From assembly GCF_009914755.1 (NCBI RefSeq), contig NC_060928.1: a stretch of DNA of 64,000 nt; one strand, written 5' to 3'. Under the pieces are notes generated by a model that made no database searches, was not told where the DNA came from, and saw only the letters and a list, made by a program, of their open reading frames with translations. The translations under genes and the position numbers were made by a program. Origin of the DNA: the human T2T-CHM13v2.0 reference genome, Homo sapiens. Below are positions 52,116 through 64,000 of this stretch, in pieces (within the stretch, counting starts at the first letter, position 1; the number at the start of each line of letters is the position of its first letter).

Positions 52116-53446
52116 AAAACATGGACTTTATTAGTATGTCAGGCAAATCTATAATATATTAGGAAATAATTGTAAATCAAAGAAAAGATAAATACAATTA
52201 AAAACAGAATGTTCTACAGTTAAAAAGAATGAGGAGACTCTTTAAGGAGAGGAACTCTCTCACCAAACTATAGTTTGCAGTAGGAATAATATTATTCTCT
52301 TGAGGAAACAAGACTATAATCATTGAAGTAATAAATATACAATGGAATGTTTTTTTGCATATGTGCCAACTTCCTTCTTTAAATATGTTGTTCACCCAAG
52401 CACAGAAAGTTTTACTTTAAAGATTTTACATTTACAACTCATAAACAAGAAATTCTCTGTAGCACATTCTCTGGTAAGTCGTTGATATTTCAGAGCTGCT
52501 TAAATAATACTTTCTTACTGTTGGTGGTGGATTTCTTGCTTCCATGTGACTGGGGAGGGTAAGAAATTTTTCTCTAATTACCAGTTACACTCTCCACCTG
52601 GATTTGATCTGAATTGGCCAATTCCTTCCCAGTTATGAAACAGGTTAGATATATGTGACCTCAAGTAATATGGAATTTATGTAACACTATAGTCTTCAGA
52701 ATGTAGATGGTTTCTTAGAGATTCTTTTAATAGTAACAGTATGAGATTGGCTGAGTATAATCCTAGTTAAAAATATGGAAAACTCTGTAACTCTATTAAC
52801 CATTCTAATTATATTACTTATAGGACAATAACATAAATAATTTCTCTAATATATTATTTTTAATGAATGTATACAAATGATTGGTAAGTGTTCTGTTTCT
52901 ATGTTATTCTACGTATAGTATTTAGTCCCATAAGAATACACTTTTCAAAATCTACCTATAAAGTAGATATAGATATAGATTTTAGTCTAATACTATAGAA
53001 CATTTCCAAGTGCTCTTGGAAATGTAATGAAAGAGTAAGGAAGTATAGTTTTCACCAAAAGGCTATAGCACAGAACATAAATTCTTTATTTGTTTATACA
53101 CCTGAGGAAGATGGCCTTTTCTACAAATTCCATAATTTATTAGTCAAAACAAACTTACCATCAGCTGTCTTTTAAAAGCCTTTTCCTTTTAGACACAAAG
53201 GAGTGAAAATTCTAGGTTCATTATGAACTCATTTTATTAGTGAATATGGAAATCTTAATTTAATATATAAAAATCAAGAAATTCATTAATGATATGAGAG
53301 AGAGAGAAAACACCAATAAACAAAAAATTCTTTGTCTTCATTTGAGGTTACTATCTCCTTTGTCTTCAATTAAGGTTATTATTCAATTCTTTATTCTGAA
53401 AATTGGCATTTCTGGGAAGTAGATACCACCAGAAGATGAAGAAAAC

Positions 53447-53560
53447 TATATATATAATAAATATAAATATACTATAAATATATAAAAAGATATACAAATG
53501 TATATGTGTGTAAACACATATGTACATATATGTATATGCATGTTTATGTGTATATATGTA
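53447..53560. repeat. Degenerate (TA)/(TG)-rich repeat
   Basis: Low-complexity alternating tract. Confidence 0.7.
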
Positions 53561-54069
53561 AGAATCATGCCAGCTAAAAATTATAAAAAAATAAGTAATT
53601 AGAAAAGTACTATTTTTGAAAATTCTTATGAAAGAATTGATTCAGCAATGGATAAAAAATCAGTGTTAAAACTATTAAGTGAAATGTTGATAGAAGGTGA
53701 ACACTTGCATATTTCAAGAATATCACCCCCCCAGAAACTGATGTTATTTACTACTAACAGCCTCCTTCACTAAGAGAAATTTTTAGGAATGTACTTTAGA
53801 AAAAGGAAAATGATCCCAGGAAGATTTGAGTTTCAGAAAAAAAAAAATGCCTTTTCTCTGCCTTTTCCTGCCCCACTAACCTAGAGAAAAGAAAAAGGAA
53901 AGTGCGTAAAAAGATAAACATGTAAATGTGGCAATTATTTTGAACAATTCTGACAACTGGATTCAAACAATCTGAATTAATTTTAATGAAGGTTTCCCAA
54001 AGTATTTTATACGGTATCTAGTCCATTTGAACTTTTAAACTGCTAAAGCAAATTTCTTAATTTTCAAAT

Positions 54070-54681
54070 TGTCGACGAAAAGAGTCAAACTCTGTAAGAT
54101 ATTTAAAGAGATTTATTCTGAGCCAAATATGAGTGACCATGGCCTGTGACACAGCCCTCAGGAGATCCTGAGAACATGTGCCTAAGGTGGTTGGGGCACA
54201 GCTTGGTTTTATACATTTTTGGGAGACATAAAACATCAGTCAAATACATTTAGGATGTATACTGGTTTGGTTAGGTTCTGAAAGGCAGGACAACTTGAAG
54301 TGGGAAGGCGAGGTGTGGGGGTTCCAGGTTATAGGTAGATTTAAACATTTTCTGGTTGACAATTGGTTGAGTTAATCTAAAGACTTGGGATCAACAGAAA
54401 GGAAATATCTGGGTTAAAATAAGGGTTTGTGGAGGTCAAAGTTCTTATTATGCAGCTGAAGACTTCAGGTAACAGGCTTCAGAGAGAATGCACTGTAAAT
54501 GTTTCTTATCAGACCTAAGGTCTGTGTTGATGTTAATACTGGAGGATGTAATGAGGCATGTCTGATCCCAACTTCCTGTCATGGTCTAAACCAGTCTTTA
54601 GGGTTAAATTTTAGAGTGCCTTGGCCTAGGAGGAAGTTCATTCAGATAGTTGGAGGCCTTAGAATTTTATTTTTGGTTACA
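54070..54681 (-). mobile_element. MER4 3' LTR
   Basis: 612 bp, TGTAACC...GTCGACA, adjacent to the PPT. Confidence 0.88.
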
Positions 54682-56259
54682 TTCTCCTCCTTCTGGCAAG
54701 ATTTGCCAGGGACAACATCAATGGCCAGCAAATCTTTATTTTGTCTCATAACGTTGCTAGTGTGGCATGGCTGCTGCTCCAGGTCCATCCTGTTATATGG
54801 TGGGACTTCCCATGGCCAAGGGTCTTAGAGTCTAAAGGCTTTTAGCCAATTAAATGTTCTAGGCCAGATAGGAATAGATGTAGACAGGCATTTACTACCT
54901 CTTAAAATTATTATTTTAAGTAAAAAGCCAACAAACAAAAACTAAAGGCAAAAACTGACTTATCCTTAACTTCTATGCATTCAGCTACAGTAATCTTGGT
55001 ATTAGTACAGACTTATAGCAATGAGCTGTACAAAAACATAAGCACTGTTCTGAAAAAGACATTTAAAACAATATGTCTATCTCTACAACTCATATCTGGG
55101 AGTATTATACCCAGGAGGCTTTGTCACAAAGTATCATTATCCTGCCAGTAAATATTTTCTTTTAATTCTACAGGAAGCAGAAAATTCTTTATGGTTGGGT
55201 TGAATGCAAAAGTGCCACAGAATAGCTTAGATGGAAAAATCTCTTCTTTTGCGAGCTGTTTAGGCATCTTTGTACCCCTCCTTGATTTGGACCTTGACCT
55301 AATTCTATTCCTCAAAACCAGCCTTTACAATCTCATGCACCCATCTATTCTGTGACAGTCCCTAAGCCCAAAGGAAGGGTGCTTGTAAGGTTTTAGCAGC
55401 AGGGATGCTGCCAAACAGTGGGATGCCAGATGAGGGAGACTTGAATCTCTGACCTTCAGAATACAATGATTTTTTTGTTTCCTTGGAAGTAAAACAAGGA
55501 TAAATAAACAACATTAATATTTTGACAATCAAAAGAATATGTGTGTGTCAGAAACAGAAAAAGGAACTTATTCTATTAGGGCACCAATTAAAGATATGAA
55601 CAAAAATTATAATCGGGTGCTTTCTAGAGATTATTGTAACTAAGAAATAATTTATGATTCAATCTGCACTCAAAAAAACAAAAGTTAGGGCTGAAATCTA
55701 GTATCAAGTGTTACACTTTATCTTTGAAACAATTTTTCTTTCTGTAGCCCTCCTTTTCTATTAAAGAGAAACTATAATAGGACCAATTTGTGTGCAAAAT
55801 AAGTTTTAGGCTTATTATACTTAGCCTGATTATTTGCATAAAATGCAGCAAGAATTGATTGGCCATATAGGCTTCTTTTAAGTTGGCTTTGCTGGAACTT
55901 TACCTAAAAATGATATTTTGGTCAAAGTCTTGGTAAAACAATCAGTGTCTCCAATTTTTCTGTTTTAAAATCTCTTATTAAACTTATGCAAATATTTATA
56001 TTGTCATAAAATCATAATCCAAATTTTTGCAGAACTCAGAGAGAAAGGTAAATTTGCTTATAAAAAATATACTTCACCCAAATAACTCTAAAGAAAAAAA
56101 GAGTTTTTTGAGCCTTCTTTAATCAGAGCAGCAGCCTTCCGAACAAGAGTTTGTTCACCTTGGAACTGCCATTTACGTGCTAAACAGCTCTTGTTATAGG
56201 AGAGCTGCTATCAGGCGCTGTAGAATTTAGCAGCTCTTTGCATAGTTAGAGACAGTCCT

Positions 56260-56766
56260 TGTTAGGGACAAACTGCCTCAGGAAAGCTTCTTGGTGCTGC
56301 CCACCCCTCCCCCTAATACTCTGCAACTCTTCTCCATGCTGCCCACCCTTCCCCCAAGCCTCTTTACATTCCTAAGCCCTTATCTAGGTGCTGCAGTGAA
56401 GCCAGCAGACTTCACTTATCAGGCCTTTCTGCGATAAGCAAACTCCAATTACAAACCAACCTGATCGCACAGGGGGAGGTCTTGGGAAGCATAAACAAAG
56501 TTTACCTACACCCTCCTGTAAGTTCCTGTTCGTCTAGCTGCTACTATAAATGTCTCAAGGTGATATGAGGCAAAATTAACCAGCAAACAATCCCAGGATG
56601 TGGCCATACCAAAGAACTCCCTCAAACTCCCCTCCTCAATATAAACCCCTTGTTCTGTAAGCTTGGGGCTGCTTCCTCTGACTGTTAAGGGGGCAGCCGG
56701 CAGGTTAACAAAAACGTGCTTGCCTGACTTTGGGTCTATTTTTCCTTTCTCTCGGCTAACCTTACA
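56260..56766 (+). mobile_element. Class III (HERV-S/L group, LTR32/LTR66-like) solo LTR nested in MER4-int
   Basis: TG..CA, 507 bp, perfect 5-bp TSD GTCCT, TATA-like ATATAAA near 56640. Confidence 0.75.
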
Positions 56767-56819
56767 GTCCTTGGGAGAAAAAAAAAAGGTTTCCTGCTCA
56801 TGAGTCTACTCCTTGTATT

Positions 56820-57800
56820 CCCAGGTAGCAAGATCCTATGTAAACCATTTTTATTTTATCATGGAACTCTTTTGGGCACCATTATTTTCATTAGCACAGG
56901 AGTAGCTTCAGTTAACGTTCCATAGCAAGATAATAAATACCCTCAAGTGGAAATTCTCTAGTCTAGTAGTTGTCATTGGGAAATACTCGCAGTCTTTTGC
57001 CATAACCCCCAATACATGCTCCACAAAGGGCTATGAGGTAGAGAATTTGTCCTGACTAGTACTGTACTTCAGCTTCTACCCTATATTCTGTGAGCTCAGG
57101 CAATCTTACTAGTTCCCATTTAGTGTGTCCAATTAACATTTCTCAAAGAGCAGATTTCCATGCTTTTAGTTTTATAGTACTAGATAGAGAAAACATCTCC
57201 CTGTCAGATACAAAACCCATTTTTATAAGACATTTAGGTAAAGGGGTTACAACCACCTTACATAAACCCTGTTCAAACATCTTAAATATCATAATTTTAT
57301 TAACATGCATATTTTTATGTCCTGGTCTCAGGAACTTTTTTTTCCTACCCCCTAGAATATTTTGCCTTTTCTGGTGAAAAAGGGTTTGGGTTCCCAGCAG
57401 GGAGTTGCATCTGTAGGACCCATGAGGGACAGCAAATTTGATAAGGCTTCTCAAACAGTTGTATGATTCCATGGGGTGGAGGGGGGAGGTGGGCACCCAT
57501 GTACAAGGGGCCCTCTTAACCCCCAAATTTACCATGGCCTGGGTAATAGGCATATTCAGTGGGAGGATATCCCAGTCATCATAAAGCCAGTCCCACATGG
57601 CTCACAAATGAGGCCTGTTAACTGCTTCATCTGGGGTGTTCCACTTGGAATTTTATAGGGCAGTCTCCTTCTCAAGGAAAACAGATTTTACAGTGGCATT
57701 TATCTGGTCCACTAGGCTGGTTGGAATAACCAAGAATAACCTCCTGTGCATTTGGATCACATACACTCATTAGTCATTGTTAAATACTGAGCTGTGGGTC
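56820..57800 (-). pseudogene. Condensed ERVL-type gag/pro/pol relic inside MER4-int
   Basis: WNTPDEA..MWDWLY (gag-like), VVVTPLPKCLI (protease-like), and WGLWQK, LLSCYGTLTE, AQKSSMIK*KWF (ERVL RT-connection-like). Confidence 0.65.
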
Positions 57801-58662
57801 CTGCATCAACCCAAACAATCTCTTAAATTCTATAGTATTTAAAATTAAGAATTTTGTCCTTAAAGTGGTTATTTTTACAATCCACTATGGTATAGATTTT
57901 TCAAGAAACTGATGACACCAATTTAAAAATGGAAAAATTCTTTTACATTATACCTTCTGTTTTTGATAGTTACTTGGTTTTGCCCTTCCCCCTTCTTGGT
58001 AACCACAGGTCTCAGAGGTAACTATTGTTGCCCTGGCTTAATTTTTCTTTTCATCCATTTAGTTTTAGCTGTATCATTTTTCCTTCACTTTAAAGTGACT
58101 CTTAGTTTCTTAACTAGAAAAAAATATATTTTTTTAGCAAAATTGATATCTTTGTGTTTTATAAACCTCACCAAAAACCACGTTACTCTCCTACTATTTT
58201 AACTTAGTAACCCAAATCTTGGTGGAAGAAAATACAAAAACAAGATTACTTAACTTACCATAACATGACTTTTAAGATTTTAAATTATTGGAGAGAATGT
58301 TGAGATCAAATTTACCAAATTAATTTTATCAAAGATTGCCAAGGTCATGTGAATTAAAAGGCATCCGAGTTAGCCCTATTAGCCTACCATTCTAATAAGC
58401 ACTTACTTTTTTTTTCAAGTCAATTGATTAGCTCTTTCATATAGTTCAGTAGTGAAATACTACTTCCACATGACGTATTATAAAGCTAGAGCTACAATAG
58501 GTATGCAGAATAAAAAAGGCAGGTCTAAAAGATATTTAATTTGCCTGTTTTCAAAAAATATTATCTCCCTTACTTTAGATTATTAATTTTAAAAAGTTAC
58601 AATAGCCAACCAAAGGTGAAAGAGAGTTACCATACAAGGCCTTTTTAAAAGAGAGGAGCTGA

Positions 58663-58973
58663 GGGGTGGGTGTGGTGGCTCACACCCATAATAGCAGCAC
58701 TGTGGGAGGCCAAGGTGGGCAGGTCATCTTAGGTCAGGAGTTCAACATCAGGCTGGGCAACATGGTGAAATCCCATCTCTACTAAAAATACAAAAATTAG
58801 CTGGGCGTGGTGGTGGCCACCTGTAGTCTCAGTTACTCGGGAGGCTGAGGCAGGAGAATTGCTTGAATCCAGGAGGAGGAGTTTGCAGTGAGCCAAGATT
58901 GTACCATTGCACTCCAGGCTGCAAGAGTGAAACTCCATCTCAAAAAATAAAATAAAATAAAATAAAATAAAAA
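58663..58973 (+). mobile_element. Alu (AluSq/Sp-like), full length
   Basis: Dimer with (AAAAT)n tail; TSD AGGAGCTGA. Confidence 0.93.
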
Positions 58974-59724
58974 AGGAGCTGAAGCAGCAGGGTGGACCTG
59001 AGATATTAATCTGAATAATGTCAAAAAGAAACAGATTATAGAATTTAAAAATTAAAAACTTCTTGCATTAAAAGTAACTCAATATTTTTAATAAGATCTT
59101 GTTTTAACTAATTCTGTCATTTTGATTTGTGTATTTTTAATATCAAAGACCCATCTCTAGAAAGTCTATGATAATTTCCTTTAATGATAGCCAACTGAAC
59201 TATACTACCTTTTTTAAAAAAATACCTCTTTTACTAACCTTTTTATGACTTACATAGAACATCCACGACATGCTTGGACTCCCTGTTTTGTCCTAAATAT
59301 CCCTCTTTCTTGAAGAACCAGTCATCTTATTTTAGGACAAAAATTCATTGTAGAAGATTCTCATATAAGATCACTTTCCTTTTAACCTTCCTGACCAAAA
59401 ATGCCTCTTTATATCTATAACTTTCTTTACCTCCCTCTTATTTCCTGGTTCTTTTTACCTTGTTTTGTATGTAACCTCTAAATAACTTTTGAGTTAGACA
59501 AAAAATATTCACCTTTCAATAAGAACACACATTTTAAAAAAATGTTTTTTTATAATTTTTAAACGGGAAATTACCCAGACATTTAAATAGTATCTATTAA
59601 TATAACCTTAGTATCTAAATTATATGGCAAATTTGTTTATAATAATTTATTTTATTATGTTTATTACTTCATTTAATAGTTTACCTAGATTATTTATGAA
59701 AGTTAACTCCCTGTTAACCATTTT

Positions 59725-60079
<355 letters not shown>

Positions 60080-61285
60080 TAAATAAACAGACTTATGGTT
60101 AAGTAGAAGGGTACTTTTTTTTACCAATAACTCAGTATTTAGCTGTTTTCAGTTAACTAACAATATTAAATACTTTATTTATTAAAAATTACACCAGCAA
60201 AGATCATTCTAATTTGGGCTGGGTTTATAGTTTTATAACTCTTATGGCAAATTTTGACACCTTATAGTATTCTGCAGGGGTAAGTATGAAACCATTGATT
60301 GATCAATAAATGCAAACAAAAATGCTAACTATTCTTAAGGCATTTCTAATATTACTTTACCAATAATTTTAAAGCCAGCTTATTTATTAAAGATTTTACT
60401 TAAGTTATATGAACTTAAAAAAGCATTTAACTTAGTCTTTTTTCTAATGAAGTATTTAAGCATTTTTATTTTTCTTTAAGCCAATTAATTAGAGCTCTTT
60501 TATATATATTTAGTAGTGAAACTTTATGTATACAACACATAAATACATAGACATATTAGGCATGCTGATAGAAGTACATCTTATAGATTCATAAAACCTC
60601 TTTTTATTTCCTATTTTAGACTCCCAGATTCTCCATAACCTGTTTCATTACCCTAGGCAGTTGTCAGCTATGTAGCCCTAAATTTGCATATTAAAGGAAA
60701 AACTCTTAGGTGAAAAATCATGTAGCAAAATTTACATCTCAAATTACAGAGAGAAAGTCAGCTGGAGGAAAATTAAAATGGATGTAATTGTCAAGTTAAA
60801 CATAAAATTTAGAAATCTATAATAGGATTGTACAAGGACACCAATTGTTTTGTACAGGTAGTTCTAATTTTACTCCCTATCTTTTAACTGGACATCTGAG
60901 CTCTGCAGAGAACTCACACTGTGTATTGGGTCTCCAAATAGAGAATTATTATAAGGCTAGACCATCCTTTTACAGTTTTCCTTCCCTTTTTTTTAATGAA
61001 AACATTTCTCTAAGTGTCTAAGCTACACTCTTTCTTACTTTAAACATCTAAGTGTAAAAAATCAGACAACACATTACAAATGAAAGCAGGTTAAAATCTG
61101 AGAAGAAACTTGTGTGTTTTCTCTTGGGATTCCATAAAGAAAAAGAAGTTTCTCCCCAAAAAGGTGTCTGGTGCCTTCTCTGTTTTATTTAAGGAATTTC
61201 AGGCTGTTAGAAACTATTTAAGAAAAGCTTTCTGAAGAACAAGGTCATAGGAGAGAAAATAAAAACCAAAAAACATAAAGGCCTT

Positions 61286-61325
61286 ATGTATATGTGTGTG
61301 TATATATATATACACACACATATAT

Positions 61326-61382
<57 letters not shown>

Positions 61383-61386
61383 TACA
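61286..61386. repeat. Compound (TG)(TA)(CA) microsatellite
   Basis: Alternating tract that continues as CA-rich sequence at 62561-62613 on the far side of the HML-3 insert. Confidence 0.95.
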
Positions 61387-61424
61387 TGTTGGCAACAGAC
61401 CACCAAATCTGGCCATAAACTGGC

Positions 61425-62040
61425 TGACACAGAGAACAATTATACTTATGGGGCATATTTATCAATCTTGGCTGGCAATAATGCCTGGATGTAATCGCTC
61501 TATGACCCAGTTACACATGCTCTCTGATCTCAGTATTTACCATAATAAATCTGCTCATAATTAAGGCATACCACCCTCAAAAACCTATTTGTAAATAAAA
61601 TTGAACCTGGCCAGAAAAAATGAATGTTCTTGTTTGGGAAGATTGCATTACAGAGCAGGCAGAGGTGCTGTGCAATGATTCCTATGGAATTGTTATTATT
61701 TGGTCTAGAAGGACATCATTATTATTTGGTCTAGAAGGACACTCTACAAACTTTGTCTTTGGATATTGCAAAATTAAAAGAACAAATATTTAAAGCATCC
61801 CAGGCACACCTGACTTTAATGCCAGGAAATGGAGTGCTTGAAGGAGCTGCAGACAGATTAGCAGCAGTTTTACCCATTAAAATGGATAAAAACGCTTGGA
61901 GCTCTGTGATTTCAATGGTGATTGTGCTTTGAATCTCTGTTGTTTGTCTTTGTATAGTCTGCAGATGTGGATCCTGACTCCTGTGAGAAGTAGCTCACTG
62001 TGACAAAGCTGCCTTTGCTTTTATCACTTTGCAAAACAAA
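61425..62040 (+). pseudogene. env: HML-3 env remnant (SU piece joined to TM piece)
   Basis: VLVWEDCITEQAEVLCNDSYGIVIIW and LDIAKLKEQIFKASQAHLTLMPG resemble HERV-K Env SU and TM. Confidence 0.85.
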
Positions 62041-62051
62041 GAAGGGGGACA

Positions 62052-62560
62052 TGTTAGGAACAGGACCCCCAAATCTGGCCATAAACTGGCCCCAAAACTG
62101 GCCATAAACAAAATGTCTGCAGCACTGTGACATGTTCATGATGGCCGTGATGCCCATGCTGAAGGTTATGGGTTTACCGGAATGAGGGCAAGGAGCACCT
62201 GGCCCACCCAGGGCGGAAAACCACTTAAGGGTGTTCCTGAACCACAAACAATAGCATGAGTGATTTGTGCCTTAAGGACATGTTACTGCTGCAGATAACT
62301 AGCCAGACCCATCCTTTGTTTCACCCTATCCCTTTGTTTCCCATAAGGAATACTTTTAGTAAATCTATAATCAATAGAAACAATGCTTATCACTAGCTTG
62401 CTGTCAATAAATATGTAGGTAAATCTCTGTTTGAGGCTGTCAGCTCTGAAGGCTGTGAGACCCCTGATTCCCCACTCCACACCCTATATTTCTGTGTGTG
62501 CGTCTTTAATTCCTCTAGTGCCGCTGGGTTAGGGTCTCCACGACTGAGCTGGTCTTGGCA
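62052..62560 (+). mobile_element. MER9 LTR (HML-3 3' LTR)
   Basis: TGTTAGGAACAGG..CTGGCCATAAACTGGCCCCAAAACTGGCCATAAAC...GAGCTGGTCTTGGCA, 509 bp, AATAAA at 62406. Confidence 0.92.
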
Positions 62561-63699
62561 TATACACACATACCTACACAGACACACACTCACACACAAA
62601 CATACATACACACAATCATCCTATAGCTTTTACTTCAGAACTGTAGCCATAAGATATTAATACAGATTCATAGACTTGCAAAAAAAAATAAAAAAAAAAA
62701 AACAAGATTAAAACTATGGGTTTTATCTCAGTAGAAAAGAAACAGCCGATTTATAGCAGGCAAAAAATAAAATCGAGAAAAAGAGAATTTAGGAACTCTA
62801 TAGTTGCAGGATGACCTTAAGCCTCCTTTTCCTTGATGTAAATGTGGACAAAGACCATGATATGTACATTTAACACAAACACTTGCAAATAGAGGTGCCA
62901 TAAGGCCAACAGAGTGCCCCAAAGAGGGTTATTCTCCCTTTTTTTCTCCTCATTCTTAGTGTTTCCCACTTTTTTTTAAGGGAATAACTGAGCTGTGGTC
63001 TAGGGTTTTAGTGTGCTGGGTCAAGGTATGCTGGTTGTGGGTAGGACTCCACAATGTGTGACCACTGAGTCATGCCTGCCCTCTTATGTGTTTCAGTTTC
63101 TCTTTCCAGAGGTCTAAGCACCTCCAGGAGGGCTCAAAGCACAGAGTGACCAGCTCCTATTTGTGATTCCTAGACAAGCCATTTTAAACTAATTTTGTTG
63201 GGGGCTCCCGGTAGGACTGCTGCCTCATGGGGGTCAATCCCCCAGACACTCCCACTCGACCCCTGGTCACTCAGGTGTGACTTTCAGCTTGGAGGAGCAA
63301 AATGCCTTTTCTTTTCAGAGCTTAGAAAACTCGGTCTCTCATTTATATATGAAAATGACAGTTCAATTTCTCATGCAAATGCACACACAAGCCAAATTGA
63401 GATTAACATTGGGAGATACAGCAATAGAGAAGACCCTTTAGAATGCATCTGTGAACTGGAATGAGAATCCTAAACAACAACTTCTCAGGAAACAAAAAAA
63501 CTAGCTCAGAATAAACCAAGGACCATCAATCAAAGGGAAGTTTGGGGCTCAGGAGGACTCACCAGTTCCACCAGAGGAGAAGGTCAAAGTTAGGGAGGCT
63601 TTCAATGGGCCCCTGATGTTACTTTAGCTCCAAGTTTGAGCAACTTCTTCAGGGTCCCAAGTGTTTTCTGAGGCCCCACATGTTTGGCCACCAAATTAT

Positions 63700-64000
63700 T
63701 GTTGATGAAAAGAGTCAAACTCTGTAAAATATTTGTAAGGATTTATTCTGAGCCAAATATAAGTGACCTATGACCTATATTTATTCTGAGCGACATACAA
63801 GTGACCTATGACACAGCACTCAAGAGGTCCTGAGAACATGTGCCTGGGGTGTTTGGGACATAGCTTGGTTTTATACATTTTTGGGAGACAAGAGACATCA
63901 ATTAAGTACATTTAAAATGTATATTGGTTTGGCTCAGTTCAGAAAGCAGAATGACTCAAAGTAACTGGGAGGGGATGGTTTCCAGGTTATTGGTAGGTTT
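63700..64000 (-). mobile_element. MER4 5' LTR (cut by the window edge)
   Basis: Homologous to 54070-54340; followed on the minus strand by the PBS-like site. Confidence 0.85.

Larger units (their letters stand above)
61387..62560 (+). mobile_element. HERV-K(HML-3)/HERVK9 deleted provirus: 38-bp 5' LTR stub, env remnant, PPT, MER9 3' LTR
   Basis: 61387-61424 matches the start of the LTR at 62052; TSD CATACA / TATACA; PPT AAAGAAGGGGGACA. Confidence 0.88.

Overview
This is primate (most likely human) AT-rich, repeat-dense non-coding DNA. I found no supportable cellular protein-coding gene or RNA gene: the ORF track reflects decayed retroviral or L1 frames, Alu/LTR read-through and microsatellites. 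Main contents: (i) a minus-strand HERV-K(HML-5)/LTR22 provirus (2547-8802, TSD ATTATA) with three LTRs and a much younger ~1.45 kb internal duplication; (ii) many solo LTRs (MER52, MER4, MER39, MER50, LTR8, MER61, MER74, MER31, MST and others), old L1/L2/MIR fragments, Alus and Tigger/Charlie MITEs; (iii) a minus-strand MER4 provirus from 54070 to beyond the window end. That provirus carries ERVL-type gag/pro/pol relics and hosts a class III solo LTR, two Alus and an HML-3 remnant. The most unusual signals are the chimeric-LTR HML-5 duplication, a 49-nt double-hairpin sequence that looks like a retrocopied small RNA with an oligo(A) tail (28762-28819), a ~135-bp twin-primed L1, an Alu left arm with a perfect TSD, and a recursive-splice-like AG|GTAAG site. 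Repeat family names come from my recall of consensus sequences and need RepeatMasker/Dfam confirmation. Boundaries of old elements are approximate.
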